64,000 nt of DNA from Chrysomallon squamiferum (GCA_012295275.1 CM022673.1:8618001-8682000), one strand, 5' to 3'. Counted from the stretch's first letter, positions 51,818 to 64,000 are shown. Made by a program: numbers and translations. The notes: generated by a model from the sequence alone, not told the origin.

Positions 51818-53307
51818 CAACAATAACAACAATAATAATAATAACAACAAAAATAATAATAATAATAATAATAGTAATAATATTTAATCACAGTTACTGT
51901 TTAATATATATATTTTTTTTTTTTTACAAAATATATTATATATTACAGATAATTGTTACACAGATTTCTTGACATATATGAATAAATAAATATATTTCAG
52001 CTGAAACCTTAAAAATAAGCAAAAAAGAAACTCTCATAATTATGAAAGAACTCAAAAATTAATTATAATTAGATACTGAAAAAAAAAAGCAGCTAGGAAT
52101 TAACAATGCAATGGTGAAAAAAAACTGAATCTGAATTATATTCATATTTATTAAGGGTTCAGTTATACATTATTAAATATCATCATCATCATCATTTCCC
52201 TTTCTCAATTTAGTACATATAATTCACCATAAGGGAGTAAATTGATAATTTACTCATTGAAACATTGATGGATATAAATCACTGATGAAATTCTGTACAA
52301 AGTACTTTTGGTCATAAATGACTACAAGTGTTAATCTTTGAATTTCCGATGCAACATCATCAGCACATTGAATATAATTGTTGTTGTTGTTTTGGGAGGG
52401 GGGCAGCGATTTTTGTTGAAAGTGTCAAATATAATTTCCCTGTTTATGCTTACCTGCAGTTGCACTGGAAACAAAAAAATGAAAAAAAGAAAGAATGAAA
52501 GAAAAAATTATTTAAGAAATTCTTATTCGTTCACAATAAGGCTTTTGCTGTGATTGTAGTAAGTGATTTGTATGTGGGTTGTTTTCCATGGGAAAGTGCC
52601 AACAGATGTTCATATTATAATAATACCAGAAACATGTTATAATAGTTAGTGTAACTATGCTGTTTATTTCTGGAAAAGTTATTTTTGTACCGTTTAAATC
52701 TGTGCATTTTAATTGTCCAACTTGGGAGCTTGGACACCAGTGTATGTAACTTCATATCCTTTACTGTTAGCCTGGAACAAAGAAAACACACATACCACAG
52801 ATAAACATTGAAAACAGCGACATCAGAACACCAGCAAAGCTCTGAGAAAGGAATATGCTATCCATATTGTAAACATTATTATTGATATTTTTTCTCTTTT
52901 ATATATTTATATGTATGTTGTTTATACTAACACTGGAATATGAGAACAAATTAATCAGATTAACAAATTTTGTCAAATATAGATATAAGTGTTTAAATAC
53001 ACATAAGCACATGCACACACACAAACACACTGAAAGGTGTGCATGTGCATTTGTGTGTGTGAGTGAGAGAGAGACTTTGATAGTTCCAGTGTCACTTTAG
53101 TGCTAGTTTATTTAGTTTTATATTTGGAATGCAAACTTCCTTTCTCAGTGAGAACAAAGGTAAATAACAATTTGTAAACAATATTTGGTTATATGCAATA
53201 CAGCTTTTTGATTTATGCTCCTGCAAAATAATAAATCTTAACTGGATTTTTTGGTTTGTGAGTGAGTATGTTTTGCATGCATATTCCTCTAGAAAACCTC
53301 AAAATAA

Positions 53308-53351
<44 letters not shown>

Positions 53352-53753
53352 TGATATAAAATATTCAAATGATTAATTATAAATGTATAAAGCAAAAGCA
53401 TTAAATATTTAATTTAAAAAAAAAATGGTATGAGGAAGTGAAATTAAAAGAAAAATAGCACAGTGATTAATAAGTATGGGGCACAGTTATTTACCTTGAT
53501 CAAAATGGGTGTGTGGAAATAACAGTAAGGTAGGGGATATAATTTCAAATAATAAAATTATATTAAAAACAAAATTTGAACTGTTGCATGTAAATATACT
53601 GAACATTAATTTAAGAAGGAGCATAAACAAAAATTAAGCATTTTCTCAAATACAGAGAATTAAAAGTTAATAAATGTTATTATAATGGGTTAGAAAGATT
53701 AAGTAACATGTTAAAAACATGCCATATGTAAAAAAAGTAGTAAATTCTGTATC

Positions 53754-53798
<45 letters not shown>

Positions 53799-55049
53799 CA
53801 AGTAAACAAATATAAATAAGAATGTTACAAGAATTGAATATATAATGTGTCGGTATGTGAGTATCACTGTATTTACTAACGTTTCAATATTTTTTCAGCT
53901 AAATTGCTTCTGTTAGAATTTAAACAAAGAATGAGTTTGAAATAAAACACTTATTCAGACTGAAATGAAAAATTAATTATTATTGTACTATATACACAGG
54001 TACAAAAAAAAAAAAAAAAAATAAAATAAAAAAAATAAAAATTTTTTGTTTTTAAAGTGTTCTTAAAACATTATCAGTTAATATATTAATAGTGTGAATA
54101 TAATCATAACAGTAATTAATATATTTTAAAAAGTAATAATTATAACATAACAAATAACTATAAAGAAAGCTACACATAATATTATTGAATTTTATTTCTT
54201 ACGGTAATGCAATGCCAGCACTATTACTACTAGCAGACGACATGAAATGCTTACCAGGCAGCCTAGACTGTGCAAGCTGTTTATTACGTTGAGGAATGGT
54301 CCCTTTCTACCTTCCCACAAGTCTACAGACTGAAAGAGGGACTCCTTTGGGCAGACCGTATTTTTCGCAGCCATCGTTAAATGCCTGGATGTTTGCCATT
54401 CCCACAAAACTGTTGGCAACTTTCTTTTGGAAACTCACTTTGCCTTTGCCATCAGCCTCCAGCAGTTTATTTATCAGTCTAGTATGGAAATAATGTATAA
54501 TATATATTGTAATACAATGTAACGAATGAAAAAATATGATATAATATAATATAATATAATATAATATAATATAATATAATATAATATAATGTAATGTAAT
54601 GTAATCCAATATAAAATAAAATAAAATAATATAATATACATTTTACAATACAATACAATGCAATATAAAATAGCATAATTTCTATAGTATCACATAACAT
54701 AACACCATATAATACAAATAACGTATAATTATTGAAAATATTTCATATTATAGTTTGTAATGTAAATAAGTCTGATTATACTCTGCGCATAGACAATATT
54801 CGTAAACACGCTGGTACAGGAGGAAGACAATGTCCACACACATCAGATGTCGCTGATGAGCCTCGAACGCAAAGGCACCCATTCGCCAGCTCTACGAAGG
54901 CACACAACACCGAGACATAAAAGTCATACTTCGTGATATGTCACGGGAGGTAAAGATACGTATCTGCAAGCACTTGCTGAACTTTGCTTAAGTCTCCATA
55001 TGGTGACTGTATTTCTTTAAGCCTTTATTATTATTTTTAAACATTATCT

Positions 55050-55102
<53 letters not shown>

Positions 55103-55782
55103 GATCTGAGACATGAAAGATCTTGATAACTTTTAGACGCAACGACATGTCTGCTTTGTAGCCGTGATCGTATAGTGGTTAGTACCTTGCGTTGTGGCCG
55201 CAATAACCCAGGTTCGAATCCTGGTCACGGCAAAGCAGCATTTTTAGTTCGTTTCAGTATAAACTATTAGTATTCCGATGTTGTAGTTGTTGTTATTAAT
55301 ACTACTACTATTATTATGCCGGACGAATTACTGAGTACTTGCATAGTGTGCATAGCTCCTAGAAGCTATTATATACGTTATTTATTAGACAGGTCAAAAC
55401 GTATTGCATATAAACATAAACAGTATATAAAGTATACTAAAGCTTAGTTTCATTCAACTGTATATCCATATTTTTGGTAAACTCAGAGTATTTAAAAGGC
55501 AATTTCTCCTTCCAAACAAAATTCATAAACTCAGAAAATATCTTTGCAAGGAATCATACGTTTAATTATCAAAATGAATAATTTAAAAATTCTAAATTAA
55601 ACTAACATGAAAATAAAATGAAGGACAAAAGTATTAAAAAAATTATTAGAGTAATAATAAAAAATAAAGTTTTAAAATAAAATTAAGATTAACGATTAAA
55701 CCAAAGAAAAAAAAAATCTTAAAGCATTCCAAAAGCATCTGAGCATTAATGCAGCAAGTTATTACATACAAAAATTAAAATG

Positions 55783-55816
<34 letters not shown>

Positions 55817-55920
55817 TAACTGAATAAACAAACACAATTTAAATGATAAATTAAAAAAACTAAATAAAAAACTTTAATAAAAGCAAACAAACTAACAAAC
55901 TAACTAACTAAATAAATAAA

Positions 55921-55951
<31 letters not shown>

Positions 55952-57450
55952 GAGAGAAAACAAAAATGAAAAATAATATTTAAAAAAATAAAAAAGAAAG
56001 AATTAAAAAACATTTGATAATAAAATATAGTTTACATCAGATAAACTACATCAAAAGAAAATGCAATGTCAGGTTCAAAGTAACTAATACGCCAGGTTAT
56101 CGTAACCTTGTAGATATGTATCATGTGTCAGTTTTTGTAAAGACAGCACCAAGCTCGCTGTCGACTCTGAGAAATGCATGGTTTATATCATTATTCCTTT
56201 CATGTAATTAGCTCACATACCTTTGCGTATTTACCCATAATTATATTAAATGCATACATACATACATACATATATACATATATAGGCATATGAACATGCT
56301 CATAAATATATATCCAGATACCTACCAACATACATACATACATACATATACATATATACAGGTATTTTCATACATATATACATTATATTTATATACATAC
56401 ATACATATATACATTATATTTATATACATACATACATACATACATACATACACACATATACAGGCATATGAACATGCTCATAACATTATATCCAGATACG
56501 TACATACATACGTACTTACATATACATATTTATACACATACACACACTCACACACATACACACATATACATATACATACATATACATGTTTTTCCACCCA
56601 TTAATCCCACAACCCGTTCATCCATCCATACATAAATGTATTTTATTTTATGTTATGAAAACGAACTTCAAAAAAAAAAAAAAATAAAAAAAAAAAAAAG
56701 AAGAAGAAGAAGAAAAAAGCTTTGAAATAGCTTTCTCTACATTTTCATTTCTTTGAAGTTATTTTTTAAATCTATATTTAACATTGGTGTTATCTTCTTC
56801 TTTATGTTTTTTTTTTTTTTTTTTTTTTCGCAACTGCACATATTTAGATGCCTTTCCAAAACTGTTTATGTTAGCTACCTCCAATATCTTTTAATGTCTT
56901 AGGCAATAACTATGGAAACACGCATGCCACATAGTTTGAAAAATTGTAAAGAAAATTTTCTGAACTTACATTCTAAATAGTATAGAAAGCTGAGTGTACT
57001 ATAGTTTATGAAAAATGAGGCCGGGGAAACTGCGTGGATTGGAATGGGAACGTTGTATTGATATTTTGAACTGACAAAAAATTTATAAACAAAATATGAT
57101 GTAGCAAGATAAGCATATTTAGAAGTTAGTAAAGCATGTAATAAGATTTTCATGAACAGTTCGTAGAGCAATGGCCAGAATGGTATAGTGATAATGATAA
57201 AAAGTAATGTTTTTGCATTCAGCAACAGCTAAATTCTAATCATGCCAAATTCGTCAGTATACAGAATTTGATTATTTCTCAACATAAATCAATTGCTATA
57301 TTTGTTATATATTCAGTACAAACGATTAACAATAAAATAAAAATCATAAATTTAAACGAATGTTGTCAGAAACTGTAACAGTGACAATAAAAATAAAAGT
57401 TGTTAATTTAGAGTCTCAACGTTTCCAAAATATAATTAATTAATGCATCC

Positions 57451-57524
<74 letters not shown>

Positions 57525-59129
57525 AACAAAAACTTCCATCAAAAAAAAAAAAAAAATTCTAAAAATTCTAAAAAAAAAAAATTTCAAAATTGAACGAGCA
57601 ACATGCCTACGGTTATTTTTAATTTCCAGTCAAGTATAGGAAAACTAGGTTAATAGTAATGTTAATTATAAGCATTGCTTCTAGTAACAAATGTTAGTTA
57701 TTATAACCGATGTGATGCTACTCACTTGCAAAGACAAATACCATCTCTTAGCCACTTGTGGAGATCAAGTTGGCGGCTGCTTGCCTAAAAACGAAGGAAA
57801 GGTCTACACACATCACACAGGGCAGATAAGGAAATCTACGTGCGTGTGTCAGGAATCGAGAATCAGGAAGGAAACCTCACGTTTTGTTTTGCTAACATTA
57901 TTATTCAACCTTAGTATAATGATTTATGTACCGTCCTCTGTTTAAAGTAAGTCACGTAAAGAGATTTTCCCTTATAGATGATTTTATCAAAATACCACCG
58001 TGCAATATGGTTTGCTGCTGAAGGTGCATGGTCCCAGTTCAGAAATGAAAGACAGTTTTCAAAGATTTTGCAAGCTGCCTTTAAATAAATGCTAATGTTC
58101 TACACACAAAATATAATATTGTCATCATGGTTGAATTACTCATTAGGCTAAATGTTTTTGATTTTCTTTTAAATAATCTTGCATCACATATTCCTTTTAT
58201 GTTGTTTGTCAGTTTTTGTTTGTTGTTTATTTTATTTGTTTTTAATTTTTATTTACACCAGTAATGGATTCACAAGGATACTACTAACGTTACAACGACA
58301 ATCAAATTTTTTTGTGGAAGGAGATAGATTTATTACAGGAAAAGATTTTAAAAGACATACAGGCAGGTAAAAGTTACTTACACAGGTTTCGTGCTGCCCT
58401 TCCACGATTGCGTTTATCCACACTCGAATTGCCTCTGGAGTTCCGGCCTCCTCTTCCCTGTCATAGCTCTGAAAAAATAAAAACATTTCAGTGAAATCGT
58501 GATTTAACGGTCAGTAAACTAAATAAAAAAATTAAGGGCGAGTGTCCGTGTATCTGTATGTATATTTGACTTTCAGTTATTGTCTGTCAAAAAGCTGTAT
58601 TTTGACTGTCGTATATCGACTATCTCTCTGTCTGAAAGCGATCTGCCTACTGTCTGAATTACAGTTATCTATTGACGACTGTTTGACTAATTACAGTCTG
58701 TGGATCGTCTGAATGATTCATCTGTTGATTGTTAGTCAAATTCCCATATGTCCACTATCTGAATGACAGTTACCTGTTGACTGACGGACTGACAGTCAGT
58801 CATCTGTTGGTTCTCTGTCTGTCAATCTAACATCCATTCGTGGATTGTCTGTCTTTCCGACTGTCTCTCTGTCTGACTGCTATCTGTCGACAGTCTGAAT
58901 GATAGCCGTCTTTTGAGTCTGTCTTACTGACGACTATTTGTCTAATTGCCATCGATTGTCTCTCTGTATATCTAACTACATCTGTCGACAGTTTTTCTGT
59001 TCATCTGTCTGTCTAACTTCTGTCTGTATGATAGTTAATATCTATCGACTGAATGCTACTTACGGCTTCCATCTTTTTCTCTATTTCATAGCCGAGACCA
59101 GCTTTGCTAGCACGTACTTTATCACCCAT
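51703..59129 (-). CDS. Calponin-homology actin-binding protein (myophilin/transgelin/Mp20-like); one apparent +1 frameshift and two alternative last exons
   Basis: Exons 59129-59064 (MGDKVRASKAGLGYEIEKKMEA), 58468-58382 (SYDREEEAGTPEAIRVWINAIV), 57784-57726 (LHKWLRDGICLCK, CH-domain signature), 54478-54255 (LINKLL..MANIQAFNDGCEKYGL then, after a frameshift near 54347, PKESLFQSVDLWEGRKGPFLNVINSLHSLG). The last exon is 52771-52709 or 51768-51703. Confidence 0.88.
52709..52771 (-). CDS. Proximal alternative terminal exon of the myophilin-like gene (ANSKGYEVTYTGVQAPKLDN*)
   Basis: Acceptor ttttctttgttccag, phase 0 matching the exon 4 donor, 20 codons then TAA. Homologous to the distal terminal exon. 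Confidence 0.8.
   Translation of the reverse strand, partial: ANSKGYEVTYTGVQAPKLDN
54530..54720. repeat. (ATATA)n-type pentamer satellite
   Basis: A pure ataat run grades into gtaat, aaaat and acaat variants. Confidence 0.85.
55161..55232 (+). tRNA. tRNA-His (anticodon GTG)
   Basis: GCCGTGATCGTATAGTGGTTAGTACCTTGCGTTGTGGCCGCAATAACCCAGGTTCGAATCCTGGTCACGGCA. Acceptor stem GCCGTGA/TCACGGC, A and B boxes, intact T stem CCAGG/CCTGG, near-identical to canonical metazoan tRNA-His. Confidence 0.97.
55241..55245 (+). terminator. Pol III oligo-T terminator of tRNA-His
   Basis: TTTTT beginning 9 nt after the discriminator base. Confidence 0.75.
56250..56590. repeat. (CATA)n-rich satellite with an internal duplication
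   Basis: aggcatatgaacatgctcataa..tatccagatac occurs at 56284 and 56462 within CATA/CA runs. Confidence 0.8.
58560..59060. repeat. Degenerate tandem repeat (tatctgtcgactgtctgaatgacag-like units)
   Basis: Repeated atctgtcgac, tctgaatga and ctgtctgt motifs fill most of the first coding-region intron of the myophilin-like gene. Confidence 0.7.
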
Positions 59130-60340
59130 AGTGAACGGTTTAGTGGTTTTGGTTTAGAGTGTATAACCTGAATAAAAATAAAATTATATTCATTGTACGT
59201 GTGAAACATGAAGCATCTTAACTTGTGGAAAGATAGAGAAATGAGTTTTAAAAGAATAATAAATCTGATTACTGAAAATATTGGTGATTTTTCATATGGT
59301 GCTACAACTGTACGATCAAAAGCTCTAATTATATTACTTCAAAATGATTATTTGCCTGAAATAGATAGAAACGTTTCCTAATAATAAAAGACGACATTAA
59401 AATAATAAATCAGTCTTAACATTTTCGTTGTTATTAATTATTTAAATGGAAAACACAAATTTCTTATTAAGATAGACTGCATTTTGCATTTCTGTAAACG
59501 AAATAATAAAATGGAAGCATAATTATACTTAAAAATAACCATATGAAAATTAATAAAATTATACATAAGCTATTTCACAGAACATATATGAAAATCAATA
59601 AAGATTTTAATGAACAATTTTGCTATTTTTTTATTATAAAATAATACCGATATATTAGTAGCACAGAGTGATACTGAATAACAGACCAACGCTTTAATAT
59701 ATTCAAATTCTTTTAGGTCAAACTGGTATAAGGAAAAGATAAATAAAGGTTAAGACTTAAGGTTTATGAATATCATGAAGAGCAACTAATTTCCAGCTTT
59801 ACCATTTTACCAAAAGAATATATAGCATTTCAGTGTACATCTGGAACTCATTACTATCTTCCTAAAACGGTTGGTAATTACCATATCAAGGAGTTTGTAC
59901 AACCAGATGCACATAGTTAATTCATGTTTGAGCGTAAACAGAGGCAAAAGAGTGCAAAGTGCGCTATGGCTGTAAAAAATAAATTTATTGTGGCTGATGT
60001 TATTATTATTGCTGTTGTTGTTGTTGTTGTTGTTATTGTTAATATTAAACAAATAAATAAATAAATAAATATAGAAAAGCTTAACGCATGTGAAACTACT
60101 GTTAATATTTCACATGCGTTATTAAATTGTATTGTTCTTGTTGATATAAAGTTATCTGTTGTGGTCTGACATGGAAATTAAAGATATTATAATCTGCAAG
60201 CACTTGCTGAACTCTTTATACAAGTCACAATTTGATAACTTTTCTTCTCAAACTCTTTACAATTTTTTTTTTTTGTAGTATATTTGTTTTCAAGCATTGT
60301 CTGTATTAGTATAATAAATGAAAATAAGTGAGTTTTCGAT

Positions 60341-60371
<31 letters not shown>

Positions 60372-62296
60372 TTATTGTAATGCGGCATCACAGTTGATGA
60401 AAAATCCAGGTACTTTGGGGGAGATTGTTATGTTCTATTTTATTACGACCAATACGGTAAAAATGAAATTCAATCATCTTGAAAATTAAAGATTAACAAT
60501 ATCTCTGAGGCAGCACGAGTACGGTCGTTTTGGCTTCACTCCACAATAAATTACATTCAATCCCTTTATTTCAGTCCTACTTTGCCTACAACGATTTCTT
60601 TACCGTTGCAGCCTACGAGTTTGCAAGGATCCGGATATGCAGTCACTTCTCAAGACGTAGTCAGACTGCTAACTCAGTGGTTGTCATAATGATAAAAATA
60701 GAAAGCGAAATGCGTGTACAAAGTTATTTCGACTACCTGAGTTATTATGATGCTTCGTTCTGCAGATTTCCGCGTTTAGCACAAACAGATGAAGGTAAAC
60801 TTTCTTGGCGCCAAGCAGTGCCTACAACGTTATGTGCATTTTTTCGCTGCGTTCTGTTTGCCTCTTGGGTTAAGCGTACGTATTTGTCATTCGAGCTTGA
60901 AACTGATACTGTTGCGAAGTAAGGAAAAGAAGGTTTTTGTGGTTTAGTTCCTGGATACAAAATGCATAGTTAAGACATATGTATGCAAGGTAGTGTGGAA
61001 AGCGTTGGTGGATCACGGTGTCGTGAAGGGGAATGGGATTTATTAATACCATTAATAATGTTAATATCTGTAGAGACAGCAGGTTTTATTATTATTATTA
61101 TTATTATTAGTAGTAGTAGTAGTAGTAGTAATAGTAGTAGTAGTAGCAGTTGTAGTAGTAGTAGTAGTAGTAATAGTGTTTTTTTTTCATTCTATTATAA
61201 TTATTTTGTATGCTTGGTTTTTTTTTGCTTTTATTTTGCTTTTATTTTGCTTTTATTTTTTTTTTTTTTGAAATCCTTAATGTTGCAAGATTTAGAAATA
61301 ATTAACACAACACTGCTTTTTAACACTTTAACTATATATATATATATCATACATGAATGGAGGAAATGAAGCCTTCAAAATACAACAAATAACTGACAGT
61401 AACCTATAGAAAATTCTATTATATAAATCTTCGCTAATACACTGATCTTTTCCTAATCAGTAGATTTTATGTAAATAATATTAATAATTTTACTGTATGT
61501 CTACATCGAGTCTGCACATCCTGTTTCTTTGTTCATCTCAGTATTACTTTGCCACTAACTGGTGCATGGAGTAAAATCTCTTTTTAGGGTTTGAGGCCAC
61601 TAAAACCTTTCCTGGATGTTTTATGAAGAGTATGTGAGAGGTTAAAATAAGAAATGGGAGCATACAAATACTTAACATACCACATTTTCACGAGAGGAAT
61701 ACATGCATTATATTCATATGGATGTACATATCTGTTTATATATTTCTATCTTTACACATACAAAAGTATATTTCTTTGATATTTTACTTTAATTTATTTA
61801 TTTATTTATTTATTTTTATTTTTGTTATGATATCCAACATCAACTAAAAACCATGATACTATATTATATTTTAAATTAAATTTTGTAAAGCATAAATATA
61901 CTATGTGCTATGTTTAAAGTAATTTAAAGAGAGAAGGAGAAGGAAATTAAAGATATGGGTAGACATATATAACAGTTTATGTGAATAAGTGCAGCTGCTA
62001 TTTTCATCACGTCTTCTAAATCTGTCAATCACGATATTAACTGGCGCCAGAAAAAGAAAAAGCGAGAGAGAGAATTCCAAATAGGTATACTGATTACTCA
62101 CAGTATTTCTACAGTTTAATCGAATCATAACTTTTCGATAAATAATTTAACAAATCCAATAATTTTCTTTTTGATGCATACTTCTAACATTATTATTAAT
62201 CACAAGCGATAGTTACAAAATATATTAAAATGCAATGGATCGAAAAGACGGTACGAAATGAAACGAGAATTGGTAATGAAAAAAAGAGCTACTTAC

Positions 62297-62410
62297 GGGA
62301 CGTAATCTCGTACGGAAGAAGCGAAGCTGGTATTCTTCAGCGTTCGGGATTTACCAGGTAACTTAGACAACGCACGTGACCGGTCCGGTCCATTCCTTAT
62401 ATAGGCACGC
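62297..62410 (-). promoter_or_regulatory. Putative TATA/CArG-like core promoter and non-coding first exon of the myophilin-like gene
   Basis: Minus-strand CCTATATAAGG at 62405-62395, CpG-rich surroundings, CACGTG at 62373, a donor gtaagt starting at 62296 and a matching acceptor at 59168-59169 just upstream of the ATG exon. Confidence 0.5.
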
Positions 62411-62862
62411 GCAAAACATGAGCAGTTCCAAAGAAATTTTCTCTGTTCGGCATTAATGAGGAGGGAGTAGGAGAAGAACGCTAAAATGGAAGGCATTAGC
62501 ATGTTATATTACTCATTGTCTTATCTAATTAATCAGAGATGGTTATCCGTGAAATATGCTGGTGAAAACCATAGGTCTATCATCACTCTTTGTGTCTTGT
62601 TTACAACTTCGCGCCACTTTGTTGTGCAAATCAGTTTTATCAGTCAGTCAGTCTCTAGGTAACTCCACGATTGTTAAAATTACAGTCTCTCAGTCCCTCT
62701 GTATTTTGGGGATTCTGTAATGACTAGATTTTGATATCACTAGCAGTAGAAAAGCATACTGCAAACATCAAAACAAACACTGATGAAACACTGTTCAACT
62801 ACACTATGGATATTTATGTCATATTTCATGTGTGTGTGTGTGTGTGTTCATATACTAATATA

Positions 62863-62902
<40 letters not shown>

Positions 62903-64000
62903 TGTGTTCTATGACTGAATGTATATACGTTTATATATATACTTTTCTGTCTGTGTGTTTTATCTGTGTGTGTGTGTGGGCGGGTGAGGGTGTGGATGGG
63001 TGTGTGTTTATTACATTTATTACCATTCTAATTCAGGAAACAAAATTGCTAACTTTATTTTTATTATAACAGAAACAGCCACAACTGCGTAATCATATCT
63101 ACAACTGTAATCACCACCGCATCCACAACAGCTACAACTATTCTAATTATAAAACTCGGCAGCCTATCACTTCCGTAGATTTCACTGATTAAATTGACGG
63201 CTTTAACAGAGAAATAGCGATTAAAATATCTGTTGAATGTAACGTGCATTAGTCAGAAACAGCAAATTTCAAAAGAATGCACAAATAAATTACTGTATAT
63301 AAAAAAATAAAACAGGATTTAAGAATCAAAATACTTCTAACGCACTTGACAGAATTTTTGCAAAGAAAAGAAAAGAAAAGAAAAAGAATATGTTTGTGTA
63401 TGTACCGGTACCTATGTGTACGTGTTTGTGCGTGCGTATGTGCGTGCGCAGGTGCGTATTTAAAGGCATATTTGTTTATATTATTAGTTATGTATTAAAA
63501 TGTAATGCGTACGTAAGTCGGTTTACTTATAAATTATGTATCTAAATAAAAACGAATGAGATTTCTTTCATCAAACCTTTTGCAAGAATCATATATTTCA
63601 TTATTCTTATCAGTTTTAAAATTTGGGTTTACGTATAGAATTTCATATATAAATATAACAAATAAATAAAGAAGGCCAAAAAAAAAAAAAAAAAAAAAAA
63701 ATGGCAAACAAATTTTGATATTACTTGACTGATATGGTTGAATATAGACAAATCAAGAAAATCTGATATCAGTTTTTATCATGTTTTAATTGCGCACTGA
63801 AATACCCACAAACCAGTCATTTTTATCTGCTGATGTCAAATGTTTGTGCTTATCTCAGCTATTAAAAGAGTTACGTATTCATGTGAAGATTTTACTGTGC
63901 GTACGTCGACTATAATGTAGATAAAAATGTATTTAGAGGATCGTGATTTTTAGAAATATAAAGGGAGAGTGGATATTACTGGAAATGAAATACGTTTCAT

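Noticed and set aside
56290-56604. 104-aa His/Thr/Tyr/Ile-rich ORF
   Set aside because: It is a translation of the (CATA)n satellite.

Overview
Very AT-rich, microsatellite-rich, intron-containing animal genomic DNA. It is probably a mollusc (gastropod-like), which I infer from the protein styles and decayed SINEs. I assembled five spliced genes by hand from GT-AG boundaries and reading phase. They are the 3' part of a fatty acyl-CoA reductase (+, to 4850), the 5'-3' RNA ligase RLIG1/C12orf29 (-, 9472-13023), a patatin-like ATGL/PNPLA2 lipase (-, 19303-26167), SAAL1 (+, 27199-46174, head-to-head with the lipase) and a calponin-homology myophilin/transgelin-like gene (-, 51703-59129). An intact tRNA-His(GTG) lies antisense in an intron of the last gene. 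The main oddities are (1) two tandem paralogous alternative last exons plus an 11-nt microexon candidate in the myophilin-like gene, (2) repeated decayed copies of exon edges and splice sites in adjacent introns or UTRs of four genes, including a frameshifted copy of the lipase C-terminus, (3) a garbled FAR exon and a +1 frameshift in the myophilin-like gene, either assembly errors or real lesions, (4) a palindromic double E-box promoter between the lipase and SAAL1, and (5) an apparent switch from CpG-depleted to CpG-rich DNA near 47.5 kb. I see no clearly novel multi-gene system, and all homology calls rest on recalled protein motifs rather than database searches.
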